From the IMG/VR virus record IMGVR_UViG_3300032293_001706, positions 96,001 through 160,000 of that record: a DNA stretch of 64,000 nt, one strand, 5' to 3'. Source of the stretch: a virus. The stretch's first letter is position 1; each line of letters opens with the position of its first letter. The notes beneath the pieces were generated by a model. That model had not been told where the DNA came from, did no database searches, and saw only the letters and a list, made by a program, of their open reading frames with translations. The position numbers were made by a program, and so were the translations under genes. Shown here piece after piece: positions 48,215 through 58,476 of this stretch.

Positions 48215-49489
48215 ATGTTAATAATGAGAAAGATAAGAAATTCAAAAATTTTTGTTCAAATTGCATCATATAGAGACCCACAATTAATACCAACAATTAA
48301 AAATATGTTGGAAAACGCAAAAAGACCTGATAAGTTAGTTATTGGTATTGCAAGACAATTTAGTGAAGAAGACGGGTTTGATGATTTGTCCGAATATTTT
48401 TCAGATAAAAGATTTAAAATATTAAACATACCATATACCGAATCTAAAGGAGTTTGTTGGGCGAGACATTTAACCCAACAATTATATAATGGTGAAGAAT
48501 ATACATTACAAATAGATTCACATATGAGATTCGCACCAAATTGGGACGAAGAAATGATATCAATGATAAAACAATTACAAAAGAAAGGACATAAAAAACC
48601 ATTATTGACAGGTTATGTATCATCATTTGACCCTGATAACGACCCAAATGGTCGGACTAATGAACCTTGGAGAATGGCATTTGATAGGTTCATTCCTGAA
48701 GGTGCGGTTTTCTTTCTTCCTGAAGTAATACCAAATTGGAGAGAATTAAAAGAACCTGTTCCGGCAAGATTTTATTCCGCCCATTATTGTTTTACTTTAG
48801 GTGATTTCGCCAACGAAGTACAACATAATCATGAATATTATTTTCATGGTGAAGAAATATCGATATCCGCAAGAGCATATACTTGGGGTTATGATTTATT
48901 TCACCCACATAAAGTATTAATTTGGCACGAATATACAAGAAAGGGTAGAACCAAACATTGGGATGATAATAAGCGTTGGGGTACAATGAACAACCAATCA
49001 CATCTTTTAAATAGAAAATTATTTGGTATGGATGGTCTTAAACAAGAAGGACATGATGGACCTTTTGGTTTCGGACCAGTCAGAACGCTAAGGGATTATG
49101 AAAAATATTCAGGATTATTATTTGAAAAAAGAGCAGTTCAACAATACACCTTGGATAAAAAATATCCACCAAATCCTGTTAATTATGAAACAGAAGAAGA
49201 ATGGTTAAATAGTTTTGCAACCATATTTAAACATTGTATTGACATTCACTTTTCAAGTGTACCTGAAAATGATTATGATTTTTGGGTTGTTGCATTTCAC
49301 AATGAAAGTGATGAAACAATCTTTAGAAAAGATGCCGATAAGAATGAAATTAATAATATGAGAAATGACCCTGATGGGTATTGTAAAATTTGGAGAGAAT
49401 TTCAAACAATACATAAACCAAAATATTGGGTGGTTTGGCCACACTCAGAATCTAAAGGTTGGTGTGAAAGACTAACAGGTAATTTATGA
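48215..49489 (+). CDS. GlcNAc-transferase of the Skp1/Gnt1-like family (PF11397-like)
   Basis: IFVQIASYRDP, GVCWAR, LQIDSHMRF, LLTGY and FHGEEISISARAYTWGYDLFHP motifs. Confidence 0.8.
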   Translation: MLIMRKIRNSKIFVQIASYRDPQLIPTIKNMLENAKRPDKLVIGIARQFSEEDGFDDLSEYFSDKRFKILNIPYTESKGVCWARHLTQQLYNGEEYTLQIDSHMRFAPNWDEEMISMIKQLQKKGHKKPLLTGYVSSFDPDNDPNGRTNEPWRMAFDRFIPEGAVFFLPEVIPNWRELKEPVPARFYSAHYCFTLGDFANEVQHNHEYYFHGEEISISARAYTWGYDLFHPHKVLIWHEYTRKGRTKHWDDNKRWGTMNNQSHLLNRKLFGMDGLKQEGHDGPFGFGPVRTLRDYEKYSGLLFEKRAVQQYTLDKKYPPNPVNYETEEEWLNSFATIFKHCIDIHFSSVPENDYDFWVVAFHNESDETIFRKDADKNEINNMRNDPDGYCKIWREFQTIHKPKYWVVWPHSESKGWCERLTGNL

Positions 49490-50292
49490 ATAAAGTAGTT
49501 ATAACTTTAAGTACTGTACCCGAAAGATTAAACCATCAAGTAACAGACGGTTTTAACGAGGTAATTAAATCACTTTGTGAACAAAACCATAAAAATTATG
49601 AAGTTCATATAAATTTACCTTTAATTTATAAAGTAACGGGTGAAGAATATATAATTCCAAAATGGTTGGATGAATATTTAAACGAATATCAGCATCTAAA
49701 AATTTTTAGAACTGAAGATATTGGACCCGTGACAAAAGTAATTCCGACAATTAAACGTGAAAGTAAAGATACATTATTAATTGTGGTTGACGATGATTTA
49801 ATATATCATCCTGACATGATTAATGAGCATCTTAAATGGCAGAAAGAATTAAAAGGTAATGTAATTCTATATGACGGTAGAAATTTGGTTGAACCAAAAT
49901 ATGGTGATTTACGAGATTTTTGGGTGTTAACTGTTAAAGAAGTTTTAAGAGTAAAAAATTTACAACATTATAAATCAGTATCTTATTTTGTTAATTACTT
50001 CGAAGAAGATTTTTTTGAAAAATTTGTAGGTAAAACAATGTCGGACGATGTATTAATGTCCTATTATTTTAAATATAAAAAGATAAAGATGTTTGTCGTA
50101 CCCTTTAAAGAAGATATTGGTAATATCCAATCATTTGATGAGTGGTATGCATATCATGGTGTTTGTACATTTCCTGTTTTACGACACGCAAATAGTCCTG
50201 ATAATACGGGGGCAAATCATCCAAATATGTTTGAACCTAAGTTTTTTCTTCCTGAAGAATTTAAATATATTGATAATTTATCTTTGGATTAA
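49486..50292 (+). CDS. GT-A fold glycosyltransferase
   Basis: VITLSTVPERL, DIGPVTKVIPT, IVVDDDLIY and SDDVLMS motifs. Confidence 0.7.
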   Translation: MNKVVITLSTVPERLNHQVTDGFNEVIKSLCEQNHKNYEVHINLPLIYKVTGEEYIIPKWLDEYLNEYQHLKIFRTEDIGPVTKVIPTIKRESKDTLLIVVDDDLIYHPDMINEHLKWQKELKGNVILYDGRNLVEPKYGDLRDFWVLTVKEVLRVKNLQHYKSVSYFVNYFEEDFFEKFVGKTMSDDVLMSYYFKYKKIKMFVVPFKEDIGNIQSFDEWYAYHGVCTFPVLRHANSPDNTGANHPNMFEPKFFLPEEFKYIDNLSLD

Positions 50293-50297
50293 ATAAT

Positions 50298-51968
50298 ATG
50301 ATGACATTTGTAACAGGTTTATGGGATATAGGTAGGGATGAACTATCTGAAGGTTGGTCAAGAAGTTATGAACATTATTTAAATAAACTTGAACAACTTT
50401 TAAAAACAGATATTAATTTTATAATTTTTGGTGATAAAAAATTAGAAGAATTTGTTAATCAAATAAGAAGTAACGAAAACACACAATTTATTTTAAGAGA
50501 AAAGGAATGGTTTAAACAAACAGTTCCATTTGAAAAAATACAAGAAATACGAAACAATCCGAATTGGTATAATCAGGCAGGATGGTTAAAAGATTCAACA
50601 CAAGCAAAATTAGAGTGGTATAATCCACTTGTAATGTCCAAGGTTTTTTTATTACATGATGCAAAAATTTTGGATAAATTTAATTCTACCCATTTATTTT
50701 GGGTAGATGCGGGGATAACAAATACAGTTCATCCAGGATATTTTACCCACGATAAAATTCAAGAAAAGTTACCAAAAGTGTTTGATAAGTTTGGATTTGT
50801 CACATTTCCATATATTGCAAATAATGAAATACATGGGTTTTCCTATCCAAAGATAAATACTTTTGCTGATTCTGATGTGAATTTAGTATGTAGGGGAGGG
50901 TTATTTGGCGGTAGGAAAGAAATAATATCCGACATAAATACAATTTATTATAATATCTTAAATGATACAATAAATCAAGGATATATGGGAACAGAAGAAT
51001 CCATATTCAGTATTATGTTGTATAGACATTCAGATATAATTGATTATGTGGAGATTGAAGAGAATGGATTGATATCTAAGTTTTGTGAAGATTTAAAAAA
51101 CGATACATACGAAGTTAAAAATATAAAAGGAAAACGGATTAAAAACCAGAACTTAGATATAACAAAAACCGCATTATACGTAATTACTTTTAATAGTTCA
51201 AATCAATTTGAAACATTAATAAAATCAATGTTAGAATATGATGAAAATTTTATTAAAAAGCCTAAAAAATTTTTATTGGATAATTCAACGGATTTAACAA
51301 CAACACCTAGATATGAAGAATTATGTAAAGAATATGGGTTTGAACATATTAAGAAAGACAACATTGGAATTATGGGTGGTAGAGTATTTGTTGCAGAACA
51401 TTTCGATGAAACAGGACTTGATTTTTATTTTTGGTTTGAAGATGATATGAATTTTTATCCAAAAAAAGGTGAAGTATGTAAAAATGGTTTTAACAGATAT
51501 ATATCAAATTTATATGAGACATCTTTGGATATAATTAAAAAAGAAGATTTTGATTTTCTGAAGTTAAACTATACCGAATTTTATGGAGATAATGGTGTAC
51601 AATTTGCATGGTATAATGTACCAAGTGGATTTAGAAAAAAACATTGGCCTGATAAACCAAATTTACCCGTAAGAGGGTTAGACCCAAATGCTCCGAGAAC
51701 AAAATTTAATGAAATAAAATCATATAATAATGTGCCATACGCAAAAGGTGAAATCTATTTGTCGAACTGGCCAATAGTTTTAACAAAACAAGGTAATTAT
51801 AAATGTTATTTGGAAACAAAATTTCAACATCCTTATGAACAGACTTTAATGAGTTATTCTTTTCAAGAAACCATTAAAAATTTAATAAACCCAGGTGTTT
51901 TATTAATTACACCAACAGAACATAATAGATTTGAATATTACGACGCTAATTTAAGAAAAGAATCGTAA
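50298..51968 (+). CDS. HtrL/WlaTC-like protein fused to a GT-A-like domain
   Basis: TFVTGLWDIGR, SKVFLL, FWVDAGI, GGLFGG and GTEESIF (HtrL_YibB-like); second domain with LLDNST and WFEDDM. Confidence 0.65.
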   Translation: MMTFVTGLWDIGRDELSEGWSRSYEHYLNKLEQLLKTDINFIIFGDKKLEEFVNQIRSNENTQFILREKEWFKQTVPFEKIQEIRNNPNWYNQAGWLKDSTQAKLEWYNPLVMSKVFLLHDAKILDKFNSTHLFWVDAGITNTVHPGYFTHDKIQEKLPKVFDKFGFVTFPYIANNEIHGFSYPKINTFADSDVNLVCRGGLFGGRKEIISDINTIYYNILNDTINQGYMGTEESIFSIMLYRHSDIIDYVEIEENGLISKFCEDLKNDTYEVKNIKGKRIKNQNLDITKTALYVITFNSSNQFETLIKSMLEYDENFIKKPKKFLLDNSTDLTTTPRYEELCKEYGFEHIKKDNIGIMGGRVFVAEHFDETGLDFYFWFEDDMNFYPKKGEVCKNGFNRYISNLYETSLDIIKKEDFDFLKLNYTEFYGDNGVQFAWYNVPSGFRKKHWPDKPNLPVRGLDPNAPRTKFNEIKSYNNVPYAKGEIYLSNWPIVLTKQGNYKCYLETKFQHPYEQTLMSYSFQETIKNLINPGVLLITPTEHNRFEYYDANLRKES

Positions 51969-51985
51969 AAAAACAAACTAATGAT

Positions 51986-51992
51986 TATTTAT
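51986..51992 (+). promoter_or_regulatory. TATTTAT putative late promoter
   Basis: Upstream of the ATG at 52000. Confidence 0.5.
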
Positions 51993-51999
51993 ATTTAAT

Positions 52000-54222
52000 A
52001 TGGCGTGTTTAAGCGGTGTTACTAGCGGTTCAGGATGGTCTTATGTGGACTGTGTTGGAAATTTTCAATCAGGGGATACTATTGGGTTGTCAGTTTGTTA
52101 TGACCCAAATCCTATATCGGGGTATTTACCTATTAACATAACGCAATCAGAAGTAGAGTGTACTCCAACTAATTATCAATTTTCTGCTTGTTGTAATGGG
52201 GCATTATATAAAACAACCTCATTTTCGACTTTCTCAGCAGGAACTTCTTATTACATTGAGAGTGATTTATTTACAGGTTGTACAACTGTTGTAACATATT
52301 CAGGTGCGGGAACAAGTATAAACTTAACATCAACAGGAGTATCATATGCAAATTGTTCTTTATGTGTTGCAGAAACACCTTGTCCACCTGCAAGTGACTT
52401 CCAATTCAGGTCATGTTGTGACCCAACCGTTACATTTATTATAAATGATTATGTTGCGGAATTAACATCGGGTGAAGTTTATTATATTATAAGTACAGGT
52501 TTCACAGGTTGTGCCGAAGTAATACCATATACAGGTTTAGGTGAAAGATATGATGCAACTTCATTAACAGGTCCTTATGATGATTGTGCATCTTGTATGG
52601 ATGATTATCCTTGTTATTGTGTTTGTAAAAATTATTTATTAAATAATACACAAGAAGTTGATACCTATGTTTCATTTTTTGATTGTTATGGTAATGAACT
52701 TACAATTACACTACCGGCAGGAAATAGTCTTGAAATTTGTGCTTGTGAAGATACCGTATTAGTTCCACCTGGAGTTATTTTAACCGATTTAGGCGATTGT
52801 ACTTTTGAAACTCAAACACCTACACCTACACCAACAGTAACACCAACACCAACTGCAACACCAACTTATAGCGCTTGTAGTGAACAGTTTTGTTTAAGAA
52901 CTGAATATTCACAATTTAGTAATTATGACGGACAATATACAAGTGGTGGGACATATAACTCAAGACCATATTATACAGGTTCAACAACAGGAACAGTATA
53001 TTATGATGGAACACAATGGTGTTTATCAAATACTTTAGGTGGTAGTTGTGTTTTATATGGTAAGACACCTTGTTTTTCTAACTGTCCTGACATTGATGAA
53101 GAAATTTGGACCGTAGGAGTTTGTCCGACACCAACACCTACTCCAACACCAAATATTTGTGTAACAGTAGACTTTAATGCGTTATTTGATTGCGATTATA
53201 CACCTGATGTAACGGTAACGTGTGAAACACCAACACCTACTCCAAGTGTAACACCCACAATAAATCCTTGTATTGGAGTTGATGCCGATATTGATATCAT
53301 TAATACCTCACCTACTCCAACACCTACTCCAACAGTAACACCCACACCTTCATTAGTTAGAAGTGTTAATGTGTCAGGGGCAACCACATACACATTAGTT
53401 GATACAGAATTTATGTGTAATTTCGTTAGAAAAATACAAGATTGTGATACAAGTGAAATACATTACGTTTCACAAGGTATAAGAACTATTAATAACACAA
53501 TAGTATCAACAGGACAAACCTTTAGTGCTTATGTTGACGGTGTTTATAAATGTTTCACATATTTAGGAATAGTATATGACCAAAGTGCTACTCTAACACT
53601 AAATTCTATTACCAATTCATTTACAGCTTGTACAGCTTGTACAAACTCATTAACACCAACTCCGACACCAACAGCAACTGTAACACCTACAATAAGTGTT
53701 ACACCATCAGTTACACCATCAGTTACACCATCAGTTACTCCATCAGTTACTCCAACATTAACTCCGACATTAACTCCGACACCGACTAAGACAGTAACAC
53801 CAACACCTTCAATAAATTCTTCAGCAACACCTACTCCAACACCGACTAAGACACCAACTCCAACACCGACTAACACACCGACTAACACGATAACACCAAC
53901 ACCAACGAGAACACCAACAAAAACACCGACACCTACACCATCAGTGACATCAACAGTCACTCCGACACCGACATTAACGCCAACACCAACATCTACTTTA
54001 ACTCCAACACCATCACAACAACCAATTAATTATTTAGTTCAAAATTGTACTGAAAGTAACATTGCGTATGTAAGTAATTTAGGTGGATTAACAATTAATA
54101 TTGGTGATAAAGTTAAACTTTCAGGTACAGGATATGAAGGTTGTTGGGAAGTAATTAACTATACATTAAGTGTTCCATCAACAACAATAATCTCGGTTCA
54201 CGCAACATGTGATTGTAACTAA
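52000..54222 (+). CDS. Cys-rich fibre/decoration protein with multiple Pro-Thr tracts
   Basis: Repeated F..CC..(Y/F)..C..V....Y..C..C modules alternate with PTPTPT linkers. Confidence 0.65.
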   Translation: MACLSGVTSGSGWSYVDCVGNFQSGDTIGLSVCYDPNPISGYLPINITQSEVECTPTNYQFSACCNGALYKTTSFSTFSAGTSYYIESDLFTGCTTVVTYSGAGTSINLTSTGVSYANCSLCVAETPCPPASDFQFRSCCDPTVTFIINDYVAELTSGEVYYIISTGFTGCAEVIPYTGLGERYDATSLTGPYDDCASCMDDYPCYCVCKNYLLNNTQEVDTYVSFFDCYGNELTITLPAGNSLEICACEDTVLVPPGVILTDLGDCTFETQTPTPTPTVTPTPTATPTYSACSEQFCLRTEYSQFSNYDGQYTSGGTYNSRPYYTGSTTGTVYYDGTQWCLSNTLGGSCVLYGKTPCFSNCPDIDEEIWTVGVCPTPTPTPTPNICVTVDFNALFDCDYTPDVTVTCETPTPTPSVTPTINPCIGVDADIDIINTSPTPTPTPTVTPTPSLVRSVNVSGATTYTLVDTEFMCNFVRKIQDCDTSEIHYVSQGIRTINNTIVSTGQTFSAYVDGVYKCFTYLGIVYDQSATLTLNSITNSFTACTACTNSLTPTPTPTATVTPTISVTPSVTPSVTPSVTPSVTPTLTPTLTPTPTKTVTPTPSINSSATPTPTPTKTPTPTPTNTPTNTITPTPTRTPTKTPTPTPSVTSTVTPTPTLTPTPTSTLTPTPSQQPINYLVQNCTESNIAYVSNLGGLTINIGDKVKLSGTGYEGCWEVINYTLSVPSTTIISVHATCDCN
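53653..54015 (+). repeat. ~120-aa Pro-Thr/Ser mucin-like repeat
   Basis: TPTPTPTATVTPTISVTPSVTPSVTPS...; includes tandem gttacaccatca 12-mers. Shorter tracts at ~52816, 53128, 53227 and 53305. Confidence 0.9.
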
Positions 54223-54230
54223 ATATTAAT

Positions 54231-54449
54231 ATGGGAAAACAATACATAATAAACTACATAACAGGTACACCTGAATATAATGTGTATGTTTGTGATAATA
54301 CAGGTTTAAATTGTGTTTATCTTGCGACAATAACAAATTATGATATTCCATACACACAAGATATACCAGCACCTTTTGATACAATGAGTTCATTTATTAT
54401 AAAAATTGTGGACATAAATGGATGCACAATAACTAAATCGTTTTCATGA
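54231..54449 (+). CDS. Stand-alone copy of the Cys-containing fibre N-domain, 72 aa
   Basis: IINYITGTPEYNVYVCD..C.YL..IIKIVDINGC aligns with the N-termini of 34391 and 36709. Confidence 0.65.
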   Translation: MGKQYIINYITGTPEYNVYVCDNTGLNCVYLATITNYDIPYTQDIPAPFDTMSSFIIKIVDINGCTITKSFS

Positions 54450-56218
54450 GTGTAATAGTTAAAAACGAATGTGGAGTTCAAACAATTTTACCGTTAGGTA
54501 TTGATTGTTTTGTGGTTGATGCGACAACACCGGTGTCATTAGATGGAACAATATACTTAAATATTACAGGTGGTACATCTCCATATTTAATTACTTGGGA
54601 TAATGGGTCAAATTCACAAAATTTATATTCAGTATCTGCTGGTACTTATACAGCAACTGTTGTTGATTTTTATGGAGACTATACCGCAACAACAACTTGT
54701 ACAGTTGGGACCGAACAAATTTATGTGGATTATTTTAAAGATTGTTCACAAACATATAATCTATATTTAACAGGGTTGACAGACACATATACCGAGGGTT
54801 CTATCTATAGGTTAAGTGCAAATACGGGTTGTTGGGAATATTCGGGTAAAGTTTTAAGTGGTACATATACTTTAAATTTTGATAATATTTTGGAAGGTCC
54901 TTATGATACTTGTGAAGAATGTGACCCGCCAACCGAACAACCGTATTTTCCAAATTCTTTATGTTTATATACAGAGAATCCATATACGACATATCAATTC
55001 TTATTTTATGGTTATGTAAATGAAAGACCAGCATATACAGGAACATCTTTAAACAGTTTAAGTTATTCCATTCAATGGACGACAGGGTTTACAAATGAAT
55101 GGAAAGTTATTGGAAAAGAAGACAATACATTAACAAACGGAAACGATACCTATAATCCTCTTGGTAGTTGGACTTTAAATGGAACTCAACAAGTTTGGAC
55201 TGCAGTTTCAGGAACTTGTCCAACGATTAAAGAGTTAACTGCAACACACGCGACATCAGACCCAAATTGTGAAAGCACATGTAACGGAAGTAGTATAGTT
55301 GTAACAGCAACAGGTGGAATATCACCATATCAATATTCGTTTGATAATGGTTTATATAGTGTTATACCAAGTAAAACATCGTTATGTCCAGGTTCACATA
55401 CATATACAGTTTTAGATAGTAGTGGAAATACATTTACAAGTACATTTACAATTAATAAAGGGGCGAAAGTATCAACATATACTTTATCTATCACTTTTAA
55501 AACCATTGACACTCAAATTGATTACGGAACTGAGGTTAGTAGAAGACTTCAATATAATGTTAATGTTTCACCTCAATTACCATCAGGGACAGAAATAACG
55601 TTACCGATATTTGTTAATGTTTTGAAAAAAGTTTCAAGTCCTGGTGTTACGACAGTTACATATACACCGTATTTGTATAGTGGAAACACTTCAGTATCAC
55701 CAAGTTCAAACACATTAATAAATACACAAATAACAAAACCAAACCCATATAACTTTAATTATCCGTATGAAACAACAGCTTATACATACAGTGTTAATTA
55801 TAGTAATGTTATTTTAAAAAATGGTTTGACGGTTTCAGGATATGTAGATACTACAATCACAAAAGTTTCTGATGGAACACCAACTTGTAATTGCAGTTCG
55901 TATTCTGTTGAAAACCCATCATCATCAGTCCAATATTATAATTGGACTAATTGTACTGGCGGAACTGAAACAGGTTACTTCTTACAACCAGGTCAAACAT
56001 CAAATATATGTGCTTGTGGGGTTACGGCAACAACACCAAGTTCATTAATCATTACAAAAGGTGGTGGAAGTTTAAATTGTTCAGGTGCGGTCACAGATGG
56101 TAACATTACGGTAAGTGCTGGTATGGGAGCGGCGTCTATAAACGGAGTTTGTAATGCTGTTAATATTCAGACACCATCAACAGAACAATTATATAGTCAA
56201 TTATATCAACTATTCTAA
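54446..56218 (+). CDS. SprB-repeat-containing structural protein
   Basis: ITGGTSPYLITWDNG..SAGTYTATVVD and ATGGISPYQYSFDNG motifs. Confidence 0.7.
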   Translation: MSVIVKNECGVQTILPLGIDCFVVDATTPVSLDGTIYLNITGGTSPYLITWDNGSNSQNLYSVSAGTYTATVVDFYGDYTATTTCTVGTEQIYVDYFKDCSQTYNLYLTGLTDTYTEGSIYRLSANTGCWEYSGKVLSGTYTLNFDNILEGPYDTCEECDPPTEQPYFPNSLCLYTENPYTTYQFLFYGYVNERPAYTGTSLNSLSYSIQWTTGFTNEWKVIGKEDNTLTNGNDTYNPLGSWTLNGTQQVWTAVSGTCPTIKELTATHATSDPNCESTCNGSSIVVTATGGISPYQYSFDNGLYSVIPSKTSLCPGSHTYTVLDSSGNTFTSTFTINKGAKVSTYTLSITFKTIDTQIDYGTEVSRRLQYNVNVSPQLPSGTEITLPIFVNVLKKVSSPGVTTVTYTPYLYSGNTSVSPSSNTLINTQITKPNPYNFNYPYETTAYTYSVNYSNVILKNGLTVSGYVDTTITKVSDGTPTCNCSSYSVENPSSSVQYYNWTNCTGGTETGYFLQPGQTSNICACGVTATTPSSLIITKGGGSLNCSGAVTDGNITVSAGMGAASINGVCNAVNIQTPSTEQLYSQLYQLF

Positions 56219-56239
56219 TTACGGAAATACAAATCATTA

Positions 56240-56246
56240 TATTTAT
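56240..56246 (+). promoter_or_regulatory. TATTTAT putative late promoter
   Basis: Upstream of the ATG at 56252. Confidence 0.5.
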
Positions 56247-56251
56247 AAAAA

Positions 56252-58453
56252 ATGGCATATATTTTAAAAGATACTTCAGCGTTACTTAACACACAAATAA
56301 CTGATGTGGGAAGGAGAAAATTATCACAAGGTAATTTTAATATTTCTTATTTCCAATTAGGAGATAGTGAAGTTTGTTACAATTGTATTAGCGGTCAAAA
56401 TTTATCAAACTTACAAGTTTTTGTACCTGAATTTAATGCGCAAAATAATACAGGGGTTCCACAAAGTAATAGATTGGGGGTTAAATATCCAATATATCTT
56501 TCAAGTTCAACGGGGGATACAAATACATTTGGAATTCCATTTCAAGACTCACAAGTTGTTGATGTTTTTAATACACCAAAACCACGTGGGTTCTTTACAG
56601 GTGGTTCAGGAAATTTCTCCGCTTTTACAAATTCCGCATTAACGGTAACATCAAATTATAGTTTTAAATTATCAGGAGTGTCTGGTACTAGCAAATTTGT
56701 TGTTACATCAGGTGCTTGTGACGTTACCGTTACAGGTACACCACAAGTGAATCAATTTGTCACACTATTCTTTGATAATTCTGCAAATTGTGGGGTTGTT
56801 AATTTTCCTTATCCGATATTAACGTATAAAGTATGTGGGGTTACAGGTAATACAATTGAAGTTGATAGAAATCTTCCAATATTTAATACTTTTTCAGGTT
56901 CAGGAAGGGCAATTTTCTATCCATCAGGTATGACACCATATTATGACAGTTATACTCCAGAACCTTACTACGATAGCGGAGTTTTTTCATTTGAGTTAAA
57001 TTGTGAAATCCAAAATTCTGATGTTGAAGTATGGAATATGAATCAACCTTGGAGTGAAACACCGGCAGGGTTAACATATACACAATATAAAGACCATAAC
57101 GAATTTGGGTCCGTAAATTACATTGGAACAAAAGAATATTTAGGATATCAATCAGATACAGGACAGACCTTTGAAAATAAAACAGGAACAATATATCCGA
57201 CAAATACATTTTATAAAAACTCTTTCCAAGAACAAATTGATGTTTTTCCATCAGAACAAAAGGTAATATCGATTATTCATTACACAAATCAAAGTATTGA
57301 TAACTTTTATGGCGAAAAATTCGCAATGGAACCTTTTGATGATACACAATCAGGTGCTACAGGTCAAGCAAGAAACTTTAAATTAACTTTACCTACTTTG
57401 ATGTGGCACAAATCACAGAATAACACAATAGGTGAAACATTCTATGTGGACCCACCAAATTTTGAATCTTTGGATTTAGTTCAACCATATTTCATGAAAT
57501 CAAATGATGATGACAATTTTAATAATCCGGGATTAAGATACTATCATTTATGGGATACAAATGCTGACGCTAATGGTTATCCAAATAGAGTTGGTAAAGT
57601 ATTTCCTGATTTAAAAATTGTAACCATTGATGATGAAGAATTATGTGTGACACTTTCATATAAATCAAATAGAAATTATACACTGCCAGCGCCAAGAATA
57701 GGATTGGTAGTTCCCAATACATTTAATCAGAATATCTCCTCAACAGATGGGGTTTTAAGTGCTGAAACCGAAACAATGTTTGTTACATATAGATTTGGTA
57801 ATACAGGTTCAACAAATGGTATGCATTGTAATTATTACTCCAAAATTAAAGGGTCTACAATCACAGGACAAACTGATGATGTTATTGTAAGATTCGGTTC
57901 AGAGTTTCCATTTTTAATTGAAGAAATGACATCACAACCTTCAGGGTTTACCTGTAATTCAGTTAAATTAATTTGTCAAAAAGTAACAACAGGTGAAAGA
58001 CCAGACCCAATGAGTTGGGTTGAAATTGATGTTACATCGGCAATTACAGCAAACACAGGTTCAATAAATATAAGTGCGGCAGAGTTAACAGGAACAACGT
58101 TCCAAATTACAAAAAGTTCATATGAAAGTGCAAGTTTATATAGTTTAGAAAGTTATATTGATTTACCATTGTTAAATTATAATACAGGTATGACTTTTGG
58201 TGAAGAATATTATTTTTATGGTAATATTGAAACAGATGTTCAGGCAACAATATATGAAATGAGATATTTGGTTAATTTAGCAAACAGTCAATATATCCGT
58301 TCATCCAATCCAACTTGGAATTTTGGGGACAATGTGTATTTTACAGAGATTGGTCTGTTTGATAATGATAAAAATATGTTAATATATTCAAAACTACAAA
58401 GTCCCGCAAAAAGACAAGGGGTTCAACAAATAACAATAAAGTATGATTTTTAA
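56252..58453 (+). CDS. Tail-fibre attachment / baseplate protein with a split gpH-N-like domain
   Basis: N-terminal ITDVGRRKLSQG..SYFQLGDSE and C-terminal FTEIGLFDNDKNMLIYSKL resemble the two halves of the P2 gpH N-terminal-type domain. Confidence 0.55.
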   Translation: MAYILKDTSALLNTQITDVGRRKLSQGNFNISYFQLGDSEVCYNCISGQNLSNLQVFVPEFNAQNNTGVPQSNRLGVKYPIYLSSSTGDTNTFGIPFQDSQVVDVFNTPKPRGFFTGGSGNFSAFTNSALTVTSNYSFKLSGVSGTSKFVVTSGACDVTVTGTPQVNQFVTLFFDNSANCGVVNFPYPILTYKVCGVTGNTIEVDRNLPIFNTFSGSGRAIFYPSGMTPYYDSYTPEPYYDSGVFSFELNCEIQNSDVEVWNMNQPWSETPAGLTYTQYKDHNEFGSVNYIGTKEYLGYQSDTGQTFENKTGTIYPTNTFYKNSFQEQIDVFPSEQKVISIIHYTNQSIDNFYGEKFAMEPFDDTQSGATGQARNFKLTLPTLMWHKSQNNTIGETFYVDPPNFESLDLVQPYFMKSNDDDNFNNPGLRYYHLWDTNADANGYPNRVGKVFPDLKIVTIDDEELCVTLSYKSNRNYTLPAPRIGLVVPNTFNQNISSTDGVLSAETETMFVTYRFGNTGSTNGMHCNYYSKIKGSTITGQTDDVIVRFGSEFPFLIEEMTSQPSGFTCNSVKLICQKVTTGERPDPMSWVEIDVTSAITANTGSINISAAELTGTTFQITKSSYESASLYSLESYIDLPLLNYNTGMTFGEEYYFYGNIETDVQATIYEMRYLVNLANSQYIRSSNPTWNFGDNVYFTEIGLFDNDKNMLIYSKLQSPAKRQGVQQITIKYDF

Positions 58454-58464
58454 AAATTTATTCG

Positions 58465-58472
58465 TATATTTG
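58465..58472 (+). promoter_or_regulatory. Bacteroidota sigma70-type -7 box (TAnnTTTG)
   Basis: TATATTTG 4 nt before the ATG at 58477; no clear -33 TTTG. Confidence 0.55.
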
Positions 58473-58476
58473 TGCT

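Noticed and set aside
53544-53960. Minus-strand GV-repeat ORFs (also 34438-34920 and 53196-53393)
   Set aside because: They are antisense shadows of Pro-Thr repeats.
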